A stretch of DNA of 27,551 nt from a virus. Taxonomy: Duplodnaviria > Caudoviricetes. The DNA lies in the IMG/VR virus record IMGVR_UViG_3300032373_001064, positions 1-27,551 of that record; one strand, given 5' to 3'. The position numbers and the translations under genes are program-made. Position 1 is the first letter of the stretch, and every line of letters starts with the position of its first letter. The notes beneath the pieces are model-generated. The model had not been told where the DNA came from, did not search any database, and was given only the letters and a program-made list of their open reading frames with translations. Of the stretch, positions 1 to 9,416 are shown piece by piece.

Positions 1-142
1 AGACGGAGGGGTGTCTTGCTTGAAGAAGGCAATGGGCACCCGGCAATGGGCAAGAGGAAGCAAGAGAAGACACCCCTCCGACCGCGAAGACGCGGCCACC
101 TCCCCGCGGGGCGCAGGGAGGAGCAAGATGCCCCGACTCGCT

Positions 143-1642
143 CTATTCTTTCTCAAACCCCAGCACCCCGCACGCCTCCCACGCGGGTTCTGTCCAGGGC
201 GCGAGCTCGATGATCTCGATGAGCCGTTGTCGCATCGCCGGGCTCAACGCCTGTGCCCCCCCGTTCGCCTCACGGTACGCCTGCATCAACGCCTTCGCCT
301 CTTTGAACGCCTCGACCATCGCATCACGGCGAGGCTCATCGACCCACTTGAGCGACTTCGAGAACGCCTGCGCATCGGGCATCGTATGGGCCATCCCCTC
401 GATCACATCGAGCCTCATCTCGATCCCGTCGCGTTCGAGGAGCCCCTTGCGGATGCTCATCTCGGGCTCGTTGAAATCAGCACTGCCCGTGATCCCCCCG
501 ATCCGCCGTTTCTTGAGCAGCTTCATCCACCGCCCCGCCGGGCGACCAAGCCGAGCCGCCCAATGGCTATTGGGCTCGCCCGTGGGCGCGTTGTGATAAG
601 TATCAAGCCCAACAATCGGCACCGCACCAGCAAACACATCCGGGAACCCGCACAACAGAATCCCGCTGCACCGCCCGCCTCCAGACATCCCAGTCAGATA
701 CACCCGCTCACGATCAATCCGATACCGCGACCCGAGCGTCTCGATCGAATCAAGATGATTCTGAAGCCGATCCGTCAGCGAGCGTTTGTTCCCATTCCCG
801 TCCACCCCGATCGCGATCATCCCGAGCTCATCGAGTATCGGCTCGAAGATCTGCGGAATCCGACCATCATCCATCGGGCTGATCCACACCACCACCCCCG
901 CGGGGAACTCAGCGTTGTAATCCCTCGGCAGCCGAACCCGGTACACCTCATCGCTCGGATCACGGGTCAGCTCCGGGTAGTTCTGCTTGAACCGCGCCCG
1001 CACCGTCCGCCGATCGAGCGTGATCGTTGATGCCACATGAGGCTCGCCGAGCACAAATCGCAACGCCTGCTTCCCACCAACCTGTTTCCCACCAGCCTGC
1101 TTCCCCTGACCACCCTCAAGCTCATCCCCCCCACCATCGACGAGCACCACCCCCACCCCCGCGAGGCTTTGCCCTTTGAGAGCCCACACCGCTCCCCCCT
1201 CTCCCCCCTCTTCCCTGAGCGCATAGAGCCCTTCATACTCATCCCCCGCCAGCGTATGAATCTCCACCACCCGCTCGACATCCTGACGATACATATGCAA
1301 GTAGGCCACCCGTGTGGCATCGCTGAGCAGATCAGGCTCGATGGGCGTATCGACGATCCCCCTGCGGAGCTTGACAAACCCTCGCGCTTCGATCTGCCCC
1401 GCGAGCCCATTGAGCTCGTCGAGCATGGATACGCCGAGGAAGCTCGGCTCGATGGGCTCGCCCCCGCTGCTGACATACCCCCCAACCGGAGGCTTGCTTC
1501 CAACCCGAAACGGATCACTCCCCAAAGCATCCGCCGATGCCACCATCAGCATCAAGATCAGGAATGAAACAATCGGGCGGCCAATCGGACGCCCAATCGG
1601 ACGGGCGTTCAGACAGGCAAGGCGGGCAGGTGTGTGTTGCAT
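143..1642 (-). CDS. Secreted or membrane-associated protein with a C-terminal alpha/beta-hydrolase (esterase/PHB-depolymerase-like) domain; host gene
   Basis: 499-aa ORF with a hydrophobic N-terminal segment (IVSFLILMLMVASADA), nucleophile-elbow motif RVYLTGMSGGG (GxSxG) preceded by IDRERVY, and a candidate catalytic His in GMAHTMP. The start codon is uncertain. Confidence 0.7.
   Translation of the reverse strand: MQHTPARLACLNARPIGRPIGRPIVSFLILMLMVASADALGSDPFRVGSKPPVGGYVSSGGEPIEPSFLGVSMLDELNGLAGQIEARGFVKLRRGIVDTPIEPDLLSDATRVAYLHMYRQDVERVVEIHTLAGDEYEGLYALREEGGEGGAVWALKGQSLAGVGVVLVDGGGDELEGGQGKQAGGKQVGGKQALRFVLGEPHVASTITLDRRTVRARFKQNYPELTRDPSDEVYRVRLPRDYNAEFPAGVVVWISPMDDGRIPQIFEPILDELGMIAIGVDGNGNKRSLTDRLQNHLDSIETLGSRYRIDRERVYLTGMSGGGRCSGILLCGFPDVFAGAVPIVGLDTYHNAPTGEPNSHWAARLGRPAGRWMKLLKKRRIGGITGSADFNEPEMSIRKGLLERDGIEMRLDVIEGMAHTMPDAQAFSKSLKWVDEPRRDAMVEAFKEAKALMQAYREANGGAQALSPAMRQRLIEIIELAPWTEPAWEACGVLGFEKE
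1066..1110. repeat. 3 x 15-bp imperfect tandem repeat encoding a GKQAG/GKQVG linker
   Basis: cctgcttcccaccaa / cctgtttcccaccag / cctgcttcccctgac. Confidence 0.8.
1570..1605. repeat. 3 x 12-bp imperfect tandem repeat encoding RPIG units near the N-terminus
   Basis: caatcgggcggc / caatcggacgcc / caatcggacggg. Confidence 0.8.
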
Positions 1643-1784
1643 AGATATGGTTATACGGGCTCAACGGGCACCGGTTTTGCCCAGCACACCCGATCAGCAC
1701 GAAAAAATCGGTCCTCAATCATCAACACTGCCCCTTGGGACTTGACCGAGCCAAGATCGAGCCTAGTCTTGATCTCGAAAAGAA

Positions 1785-1857
<73 letters not shown>

Positions 1858-1861
1858 TTTT

Positions 1862-1895
1862 AAGCCGCCACGGGAAACCGTGGCGGTTTTTGTTT
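1862..1895 (+). terminator. Rho-independent terminator of tRNA-Asn
   Basis: Hairpin aagccgccacgg-gaaa-ccgtggcggttt followed by ttgttt. Confidence 0.9.
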
Positions 1896-2126
1896 AGACA
1901 TTCGGGCGGATTTCGATGCTCGATACTGTTCTTGTAAACCCCGGTCTGCCCAAGACCTACGGCAGCCACAAATGACGGCCAGACTCTCTGTTTATATGCA
2001 TCGATCTGGCGGCGGATCAGAACCCCGGCCGTTCCGGTCGCCCCCTTGCCCAAACCTCTCAAACTCTCAGTGACTCTCGGTTAGCAGAGCGAACGATTTA
2101 ACTCAGGGTTCCGATCAGACGGTATG

Positions 2127-2154
2127 AAAAAAGCCGCACGAAAATATGCGGCTT
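2127..2154 (-). terminator. Rho-independent terminator downstream of the 592-aa gene
   Basis: Stem aagccgca-N8-tgcggctt with an A-tract at 2127-2132 (U-tract on the minus strand), 26 bp past the stop at 2180. Confidence 0.8.
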
Positions 2155-2179
2155 GGGTGTGATGTGAAACAGTGTTTGA

Positions 2180-3958
2180 TCAGTTCCCTGTGTACTGGTC
2201 GGCCAAATCGACAAAGTCTTGTGTATCGGTCTCGCCGTCAGCGTTGGTTTCGTAAGGCGTCAGCATCCACTGTGTCAAATCTGTTGACTGTACCCCATTG
2301 CCTGAGTCAAGCGCGAAGACGCCTGGTTCGAGTTCAAGGCTGACATCAAACTGGTACCAGCTCCAGATGCCAATAGCACCAAGATCTCCAGAAACGACTG
2401 ATGACACATATCGAACATCTGGATTGCCAGTCACACCTGCACATTTCACCTTGCCCGGGATCGGACGAATCCGCCAAGTCCCTGCAGCCTTAAAACCTTT
2501 CGTGTTTGCATCAGTGCTCTTGATGCGAGCAATCCGATTGGTTGACCCCGAGCTGTTGCTAGTCGCCGAAAAATCAACCTCGAAGAGCGATGTGCGATCC
2601 ACCCAAGTTTGATTCACATCCATCCAAGGCAAGAACTCTACACGGAAGTGAGGGCCGTCGCCAACAACATAGATTGGGCCATAATGACTGATGTCTACCG
2701 AATCGAGCGTGTCTGGTCTACCTAGTACGCGGGTTTCTTTCTGATATGGATTGCAATCCATGCTCTGGCCTGCTCCGGGGGCGGTTTCGCGTTGGTGGAA
2801 GTTGAACGGGGCGAGTCCGACAGCGCCACCGCCGAGTTCGGAAGAGAGCGCTGTGTAGTAGGATGTGTAGTCCAGTTCGATTGGGCCGGTTAGGTCAATA
2901 GGGCCGACACTAATCGTGCCAAACCATTGACCATTGTCGTTTGATGCATTGATTGTTAACTGAGTTGTCAACGAGTTGTCGGGGAGTACGATATTGGATG
3001 CATTGAGCATAGAGCGATTGATCTTGAAAATCGCTCTCTCTCCCGTTTGCGGGTTAGTCTGGCCAAGCGAGTTGATCTGCAATGTGCCACCGAAATCACG
3101 CCCTACCTCAAGTCCACCTGGGTCGTTAAACTCCGTATTTGCCATCCCGCCCAGCTGGCCAACATAGATGGGTGCGGATGGAATGAAATCTGTATCAATG
3201 AGAATTTTATTAATGTTCAGATCCGCAGAAGGGGTTACAATATTTCCAAAGGCAATCCCACTTGCGGAAGTGGCTTCAATTTTTTCGATTGATTCTCCAC
3301 CTATCTCAAATGGGGCACCTGGGGCCCCAACAAATCCATCGCTGCCAAGAGTGAGGAATTTTCTTTGGCGGCCATTGTAATGATACAGTCCTCCTCGCAC
3401 GGCGTTTATAGCAACCGCCTCTTGTGTTGGTTGGCCTGGCGAGTCGTCGTAATGATCAACGACGACAGATGAATACCAGTTGCCTAGCGAGCGAATCTGC
3501 CAAAGTTCATCAGCAACAATTAGCCCATTCTCTGATGCAGAATCCCACCCGAGATCGCCAGTGACATTAATGACAGTGATTTCAGTTTCCACCTCTGAAT
3601 GATCAAATATGTTTCCTAGATATGCAATGTCCGCGAAATCAGCTGGGTCGTCTATGTCCCGAACAGAAAATCTGACTTGCTGGTCAATATTCCATTCGGA
3701 TGGATTTGTGACTCGTAGGACATAAATGTTGTTGATTTTAAATCCAGAGGCCCCACCGGCCTGTGTGCCAATTCCAAAATTAGCTGGTCCAAAATCAATA
3801 ACATCTGCTAGATATATATTGTATTCGTCAATAGTTCCGTCCACCAATTCGATGTCATAGTATCCGCCTCCTGGATTTAAAATTATTGGCTGTGCCATAG
3901 ATCCGGCACATGCAAGTGAGATTGCGGCACTGGCAGTGTGACTAAATAATTTAAACAT
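2180..3958 (-). CDS. Secreted 592-aa hypothetical protein with a C-terminal dockerin/EF-hand-like anchor
   Basis: Signal peptide MFKLFSHTASAAISLACAGSMA|QP, purine-rich RBS gaaaggg, beta-rich Gly/Asn/Ile/Asp body, C-terminal paired Ca-loop-like motifs DSGNGVQSTDL and ETNADGETDTQDF. Confidence 0.75.
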   Translation of the reverse strand: MFKLFSHTASAAISLACAGSMAQPIILNPGGGYYDIELVDGTIDEYNIYLADVIDFGPANFGIGTQAGGASGFKINNIYVLRVTNPSEWNIDQQVRFSVRDIDDPADFADIAYLGNIFDHSEVETEITVINVTGDLGWDSASENGLIVADELWQIRSLGNWYSSVVVDHYDDSPGQPTQEAVAINAVRGGLYHYNGRQRKFLTLGSDGFVGAPGAPFEIGGESIEKIEATSASGIAFGNIVTPSADLNINKILIDTDFIPSAPIYVGQLGGMANTEFNDPGGLEVGRDFGGTLQINSLGQTNPQTGERAIFKINRSMLNASNIVLPDNSLTTQLTINASNDNGQWFGTISVGPIDLTGPIELDYTSYYTALSSELGGGAVGLAPFNFHQRETAPGAGQSMDCNPYQKETRVLGRPDTLDSVDISHYGPIYVVGDGPHFRVEFLPWMDVNQTWVDRTSLFEVDFSATSNSSGSTNRIARIKSTDANTKGFKAAGTWRIRPIPGKVKCAGVTGNPDVRYVSSVVSGDLGAIGIWSWYQFDVSLELEPGVFALDSGNGVQSTDLTQWMLTPYETNADGETDTQDFVDLADQYTGN

Positions 3959-3968
3959 GCTTTCCCTT

Positions 3969-5099
3969 TCAATACAGTTGATTAGTGTATAGGCCTAAAA
4001 AAACTCTTATGTCGTCGATGTCGAAAATGCCATCGTTTCGCAAATCTGCCCTGCTGTCGCCGTCTATAGCGTGTGCTACAAATGCAGAAACATCGAAGAA
4101 GTTGACTTGTCCATCTTGAGTAAAATCTGCCGGATCGTACATCCCTGTTGCTATTCGTAGCCCACGCGGCACTTCTACTGGTGAACCACCCGAATATCCG
4201 AGTCGATCAAGATCATACAGGCCTATGCAATACGGCTCGTTGTACAGTGTGTCAAACCAAGCGGATCCGATAAAACCGCGAGTGTGAATTGGTCCATTTG
4301 ACCGCCTCTCAACCCATTCCCATTCTCCTCCCGAGAGATCAAATAGGCCGAATGGGCTCTGTGTATTTGGAAATGAATGAATGCTAAATGGGAAGCCGTC
4401 AGCAGGGTCGCCTGCATTGCGAACTCCTCCTTCGCTCGGAGGGATGCCTGGTTGAAGCGCATGGTCAGTGCCATTGGGGTATCTCCAGTACCCTCCAATG
4501 CCTTCCCCGTGCTTGTTGGGATCCCAGTAAGCGGCCTTTGCCCATTCATCTCGAGTTGGAATCCAAAACCTCGCGCCTGGAGAATGTTCCGATTGTGGTG
4601 CCCAAGGTTCACCATCGATTTGCGGAAATGTAGAAGTGTCGAATACGCCAGTTTCGAAGGCCCATTCCTCACTCACCTTACCGTGGTGGAGCCAGTTCAC
4701 ATATCGAGCGGCGTATTCCCACCCCATATTTGCAGCTTGGTTGAAGTCGGATCCAACAAGTAGGATATTCGACCGAGTAATTTCAAGGTTCCAGCCAGAA
4801 AAATCGATCTCCGCCTCCGTTAGCTCTGGTCGATTCAGGAAATAAAAAGGGGCATAAGCTTCGGCAAACTCCATGTATTCCAAATTGGTTACTTCAAATC
4901 TAGACAGTCTGAACAAATATTCTACGGAGCCTAGATCGATGTTGACATCCCATGGCATTTCCTCATCTGAGGCATTCCTATTCCCCGGATCACCGACTAA
5001 TGCCCAGCGGTCTTCTGGTTGAATCATAGCCTGAGTCAAAGCGCTTCCGGCACAAAAACCTATCGTCAAAACACTCAAGCCGATCACTTGCATCTCCAT
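3969..5099 (-). CDS. Secreted FGE-sulfatase (SUMF1/EgtB/PvdO)-fold protein with a C-terminal dockerin-type anchor
   Basis: Motifs VGDPGN, LSRFEVTNLEY, IPTRDEWAKAAYWDP, SPFGLFDLSGGEWEW, GLRIA. Tail PADFTQDGQVNFFDVSAF..ADLRNDGIFDIDDIRVFL is a dockerin repeat pair. Start set at 5099 (GGGAG 6 nt upstream, signal peptide follows); the ORF is open to 5198. Confidence 0.85.
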   Translation of the reverse strand: MEMQVIGLSVLTIGFCAGSALTQAMIQPEDRWALVGDPGNRNASDEEMPWDVNIDLGSVEYLFRLSRFEVTNLEYMEFAEAYAPFYFLNRPELTEAEIDFSGWNLEITRSNILLVGSDFNQAANMGWEYAARYVNWLHHGKVSEEWAFETGVFDTSTFPQIDGEPWAPQSEHSPGARFWIPTRDEWAKAAYWDPNKHGEGIGGYWRYPNGTDHALQPGIPPSEGGVRNAGDPADGFPFSIHSFPNTQSPFGLFDLSGGEWEWVERRSNGPIHTRGFIGSAWFDTLYNEPYCIGLYDLDRLGYSGGSPVEVPRGLRIATGMYDPADFTQDGQVNFFDVSAFVAHAIDGDSRADLRNDGIFDIDDIRVFLGLYTNQLY

Positions 5100-5267
5100 A
5101 CGCATCTCCCGGATAAATGAACTGCATTCGCTTCCACTATACATGCCGTATGCCTCCTGAGTTGCACTTTTATCGGACATTTTTTCAACATTGGGCATAT
5201 CGCTTATCGGCTCGTTGGCTCTAACTTCACGATTTCAACCCAACACCCGTTCCGATTGCATGGCTGA

Positions 5268-5296
5268 CGCCACCATCGGAACCGTTTGCGTAGATG
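5268..5296 (+). promoter_or_regulatory. Putative element-sigma promoter copy A (CGCCAC-N14-GCGTAGATG)
   Basis: CGCCAC 5268-5273, spacer catcggaaccgttt, GCGTAGATG 5288-5296, 52 bp before ATG 5349. Confidence 0.75.
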
Positions 5297-5348
5297 GTTG
5301 GTAGCGGCCTGATGTTAAGACACGCACGAACCTCTCACGGAACCAAAC

Positions 5349-5555
5349 ATGCCCGACCGATTCGATCCATCCATCGAGCGCGATGATCTCGCGCCGACTC
5401 AGCGGCTGATGGCTATCGCATCATTACTGGCTCGCGGTATTGAGCGGCAGCGCGATGATGGTCGCCGGCGGGGCGAACTTTCGTCTGATCCAGAAAGATC
5501 GGAAGATGGACTTGAACTTTCCCAACCGGCTCGCCCTGATGAAGGACGCGGTTAA
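5349..5555 (+). CDS. Small hypothetical protein (68 aa) leading the recombinase operon
   Basis: ATG-started ORF directly after motif copy A, amphipathic helix QRLMAIASLLARGIER, ends 24 bp before the DUF2924 gene. Confidence 0.55.
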   Translation: MPDRFDPSIERDDLAPTQRLMAIASLLARGIERQRDDGRRRGELSSDPERSEDGLELSQPARPDEGRG

Positions 5556-5579
5556 CGAGTCGCGAAACGGAGAGTTTCT

Positions 5580-6086
5580 ATGGATGAAAATATCACCAAA
5601 CTGGTTAAGGCATTGCGAGTGATGACCGTCCCGCAGTTGAGGCAGCGGTACGCCGAGGTGTTTGGCGAGCCGACGCGGACGAAGTCCAAGCAACACTTGA
5701 TCAAGCGGATTGTCTGGCGGACGCAGGCGTTGCGGGAGGGCGATCTCTCGGAGCGAGCGAGGCGGCGGGCGATTGAGTTGGCCAATGACGCGGAGATCCG
5801 GTTGACGGCACCGCGATCACGGGACCCGGTTGCGGGAACGGTCGTCACGGCGGCCTTTGACGCTGGGCGACCGGAATCGTTCCCTAAGCCGGGGTCGGTT
5901 CTTCGGCGGGAGTACAAAGGTCGAGCGATTGTGGTTCGGGTATTGCCTCGCGGGTTTGAATACGACGGCGAGGTGTACCGCTCGCTGACAGCCATCGCAG
6001 AGAAGGTGACCGGGGCGCATTGGAACGGCGTAAGTTTCTTTGGGTTGCCATCGTCGAAGGGTAAGAAACGATCGGGAGCCAAATGA
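5580..6086 (+). CDS. DUF2924 domain protein
   Basis: LRQRYAEVFGEP...RIVWRTQA and PGSVLRREYKG...GFEYDGEVYRSLTAIAEKVTGAHWNGVSFFGL signature, RBS ggag, ATGA overlap with the recombinase. Confidence 0.9.
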   Translation: MDENITKLVKALRVMTVPQLRQRYAEVFGEPTRTKSKQHLIKRIVWRTQALREGDLSERARRRAIELANDAEIRLTAPRSRDPVAGTVVTAAFDAGRPESFPKPGSVLRREYKGRAIVVRVLPRGFEYDGEVYRSLTAIAEKVTGAHWNGVSFFGLPSSKGKKRSGAK

Positions 6087-7651
6087 TGAGCAAGCAAAAC
6101 ACGATAAAGAAAACGCCAACGATTCGATGCGCGATCTATACCCGAAAGAGTACATCGGATGGGCTTGAGCAAGAATACAACACGCTCGATGCGCAGAGAG
6201 ACAGCGGCGAGGCGTACATCGCAAGTCAGAAAGGTGAGGGGTGGGTGTGCATCCCCGACCGGTATGACGACGGCGGGTTCACGGGGGGGAATATGGAACG
6301 CCCGGCGCTCAAGCAGCTGATGGAGGATATCGAGGCGGGGAAAGTAGACTGCGTGATCGTTTACAAGGTGGATCGGATGAGCCGATCGCTGATGGATTTC
6401 GCACGGATGATGGTGACCTTTGAGGAAAAGAAGGTTTCGTTCGTCTCGGTGACGCAGCAGTTCAACACCACGCAATCGATGGGACGGTTGACACTCAATA
6501 TACTCCTCTCCTTCGCGCAGTTCGAGCGGGAGATCATCAGCGAGCGCACCCGCGATAAGATTGCTGCTGCTCGGCGGAAGGGCAAAAGACCAAGCGGCCG
6601 ATTGGTGCTCGGATATGATGGCGATCCGGTGACCAAGAAACTTGTGATCAATACCAAGGAAGCAAAGCTCGTCCGTGAGATCTTTCGGATGTATCTTGAG
6701 AAGCGATCGCTGCTCCAGGTGAGTCAAGAACTCAATGCACGCGGTGAGCGGACAAAGTTTGTACAGGCATCGACGGGCATGATCTATGGCGGACGGGAAT
6801 GGGATAAAGCGGCTGTTCAGAAGATCCTCAATAATCTGCTTTTCCGTGGGCGTGTGCGGTACAAGGACGAGGTATACGAGGGCGAGCATGATGCGATTGT
6901 CGATGATGATCTGTGGACAAAGGTTCATAAGGTGCTTCGTCACAATGGCCACCGGGGTGGGACAAATGTAAATACGAAATACGGATCGCTGCTCGGCGGG
7001 CTGTTGAACTGTGCGCCCTGCAACTCTGTGATGGGTCATACCACAACAGGGAAAAAAAAGAAACAGGTCTATCGGTACTATGTCTGCTACCGAGCCCAGA
7101 AGCAAGGGTGGGATGTTTGCCCGTGTGGTTCATTACCCGCGGATCAGATCGAATCGTTTGTGGTGGATCAGATCCGTCGCATCGGGAACGACCCGGCGTT
7201 GCGATCGTTGACGCTGGCCAAGTGCCGCGAGCAGATGGAATCGCAACGACTGGCCGACGAAAATGAACTGAGCGGCGTAGAACGCGACCTGGCCCGCTTG
7301 GGACGCGAACTGTCTCAGACGGCTGGCGACGCCGATTCAAATCCATACGCGTCAGCTCGGCTCGCAGATATCAACGAGAAGATGCGTGTCGCCGAAGAAC
7401 AAGCGGCGGACTTGCAACATCAGATTGATGAGGCCTGTGATGGCGTGATTTCCAAAGAAGAAGTGGATGCCGCCCTTGGCAAGTTCGATGGCGTGTGGTC
7501 AAGCTTATCGCCCAAAGAGCAAACGAAGCTGATCCGCATGCTGATCCAACGGGTGGACTACGACGCGACAAAGGGGGATGTTTCGATTACATTCCATCCG
7601 CTTGGATTGAAATCAATCGGACAGCAGGCGTGCGAGGAGGTTGTTGCATGA
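6083..7651 (+). CDS. Large serine recombinase (resolvase + recombinase + zinc ribbon/coiled coil)
   Basis: Catalytic RCAIYTRKS, DDGGFTGGNMERPAL, VYKVDRMSRS, FAQFEREIISERTRD, zinc ribbon CAPC...YYVC...C, coiled coil after about residue 380. Confidence 0.96.
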   Translation: MMSKQNTIKKTPTIRCAIYTRKSTSDGLEQEYNTLDAQRDSGEAYIASQKGEGWVCIPDRYDDGGFTGGNMERPALKQLMEDIEAGKVDCVIVYKVDRMSRSLMDFARMMVTFEEKKVSFVSVTQQFNTTQSMGRLTLNILLSFAQFEREIISERTRDKIAAARRKGKRPSGRLVLGYDGDPVTKKLVINTKEAKLVREIFRMYLEKRSLLQVSQELNARGERTKFVQASTGMIYGGREWDKAAVQKILNNLLFRGRVRYKDEVYEGEHDAIVDDDLWTKVHKVLRHNGHRGGTNVNTKYGSLLGGLLNCAPCNSVMGHTTTGKKKKQVYRYYVCYRAQKQGWDVCPCGSLPADQIESFVVDQIRRIGNDPALRSLTLAKCREQMESQRLADENELSGVERDLARLGRELSQTAGDADSNPYASARLADINEKMRVAEEQAADLQHQIDEACDGVISKEEVDAALGKFDGVWSSLSPKEQTKLIRMLIQRVDYDATKGDVSITFHPLGLKSIGQQACEEVVA

Positions 7652-8061
7652 GTGACGGCATCAAGCTTGACTTCAAGGTACACTTCACAACCGGTCTCCA
7701 CGGCAAACGCACCATGCATTCTGGCGAAGAGCCAGAGCCCGTTCCTGTCGCACCCGGCCGCGTTCCCCGGATTGCCCGGCTGATGGCGTTGGCGATCCGT
7801 TTCGAGGATCTTGTTCAAAGTGGCGAGGTGGACACCTTTGCGGAACTCGCGGAACTCGGGCAGGTGACGAGCGCCCGAATGAGCCAGATCGTGAACATGC
7901 TCAATCTGGCTCCAGATATCCAAGAGGCGATTTTGTTCCACCCGCTTGTATCTGGCGAGCGAGAAGCGGTATCGGAGCGGCTGGTACGGGAGATCGCTGG
8001 CGAGCCGGATTGGGCGTTGCAGCGAGGTATGTTTCAGGCCATTCATGAGAGAGCAAAATGA
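7648..8061 (+). CDS. Recombinase-associated HTH protein (137 aa)
   Basis: ATGA overlap with the recombinase stop, RBS gaggagg, ParB/KorB-like HTH segment FAELAELGQVTSARMSQIVNMLNLAPDIQEAIL. Confidence 0.8.
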   Translation: MSDGIKLDFKVHFTTGLHGKRTMHSGEEPEPVPVAPGRVPRIARLMALAIRFEDLVQSGEVDTFAELAELGQVTSARMSQIVNMLNLAPDIQEAILFHPLVSGEREAVSERLVREIAGEPDWALQRGMFQAIHERAK

Positions 8062-8219
8062 CCTTCCGATCGGCATTTTGAGCAATAGATTACTTCAAAG
8101 CCCGAATTCGGCGGATTTCCTGTCGGTTAGGGGCTTCGGCCCGATACTTGGGTGATATTTGGGTATGCTCTCTGAGGCCGGATGCGGTATCTACGCACGG
8201 CCAAGTAGGAGCAATATAT

Positions 8220-9416
8220 ATGCCCAGTGTCTTTCGTCCGAGATTTGCTAAGCCGACCATCCTCAAAAATATCGAACCTGACCTTCTTATACGCCTTCTC
8301 AAGCCGTACAAAGATTGGCTTGAGACATCAGAGATCGATCTACAAAATGCGAGCAATCTTGACGAGAGCACATTGGACAAACTCTCGATGGCGTTGATGG
8401 ATGGGGCGGGGCTTCCTCCTGGACTCCCCGAACTTCAGAGTCTAATCGATGACATGTCAAAGCCCGACATGTTTGACCGTCTGCTTGATTGTGCCAAGAG
8501 CGCAAAGCTGAGACTCCCTGGCAATGTGACAGGTGTTGATCTGGCGGTACGGTTGTATCTCAAGGCACCGCAACTACTCGAAGAAGTACGATTGGAAGTC
8601 GCATCGCTCAAGCCGAGGAAAATTTCACGCTACATGGCCACAAGCAAAGTAGTACCGGATGTTCCCGATGGTGTTGAGGAATCCATCAGCACATTCGAAA
8701 GAGCATTGGCGAAGAATTTTCAGAGTCGAAAACGGGGGACGGGCACGCGCGTGCATTTCTATCGCGAGCCGACAGGATTTCGGCTCATGATTCGTCGTGG
8801 CGATTCGCTTCGTAGCCAAGCTGTCATCGACGATGATGACGCGACGCGTCGTTTGATTCTTCGGCCGGAGCTTTATGATGTGGTTCGGTACGATACGCAA
8901 CATGGTGATCTGTTGGTCAACGCACGCGCGAAGGGCGATGCGATGGCGTATTGCAGACTTATTGGCCGCCATCTCTTCAAGAATGACTTTCTCTTTGATG
9001 CGACTGACACACCTGTTCGATACACGCTCGAGCCAATACGGGATCAAGAACGGGTCGTTCTCTCAGCGGCCGAGTTTGCATCCATTGTGTATGTGAGTCT
9101 ATGCGTGCTTGATTTGGAGCACCCGAGCCATGACAATGTTCGCATGCGGCTTGGCCCTGATGACGCGTTTACGGCTCTTGAGCTGACTGGCGGGCAGATT
9201 GATCCGGCAGCAAAACTCTGTAGGGCGCAGTTCAAATTCAAAATGGTCAATGAGAAACGGGAGCGGTCTGTGATCATCATCCCACCGATCACTGCGATCT
9301 ATGAGCACGATGACTTGGCCGAAGAGATCGAGGAGTTTATCGAACGGCGTGGATTGCTTTTGCCAAGGACGGAGTCGCTCAATGCTTGCCCAGAATCGCT
9401 CTTTACAATGTCTTGA
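8220..9416 (+). CDS. Hypothetical protein (398 aa)
   Basis: RBS aggag before ATG 8220, globular composition, no catalytic motif recognised. Confidence 0.8.
   Translation: MPSVFRPRFAKPTILKNIEPDLLIRLLKPYKDWLETSEIDLQNASNLDESTLDKLSMALMDGAGLPPGLPELQSLIDDMSKPDMFDRLLDCAKSAKLRLPGNVTGVDLAVRLYLKAPQLLEEVRLEVASLKPRKISRYMATSKVVPDVPDGVEESISTFERALAKNFQSRKRGTGTRVHFYREPTGFRLMIRRGDSLRSQAVIDDDDATRRLILRPELYDVVRYDTQHGDLLVNARAKGDAMAYCRLIGRHLFKNDFLFDATDTPVRYTLEPIRDQERVVLSAAEFASIVYVSLCVLDLEHPSHDNVRMRLGPDDAFTALELTGGQIDPAAKLCRAQFKFKMVNEKRERSVIIIPPITAIYEHDDLAEEIEEFIERRGLLLPRTESLNACPESLFTMS

Noticed and set aside
11-1567. Long + strand ORFs 11-1030 and 1037-1567
   Set aside because: Antisense shadows of the GC-rich hydrolase gene; Pro/Arg/His-rich with no motifs.
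3969-4330. FGE/C-type-lectin-fold gene as a diversity-generating retroelement target
   Set aside because: No reverse transcriptase and no template/variable repeat pair seen in the window.
7052-7060. A8G run (A_AAA_AAG slippery heptamer) in the recombinase
   Set aside because: Explained by a Lys run in the zinc-ribbon loop; no stimulatory structure seen, and the -1 frame gives only a short unrecognisable tail.
5552-7105. 517-aa minus-strand ORF
   Set aside because: Antisense shadow of DUF2924 and the recombinase, which carry clear family motifs.
8188-8216. Minus-strand GCGTAGATA, and TCGTAGATA at about 24838, as extra promoter copies
   Set aside because: Only the -10-like half matches; there is no CGCCAC 14 nt upstream.
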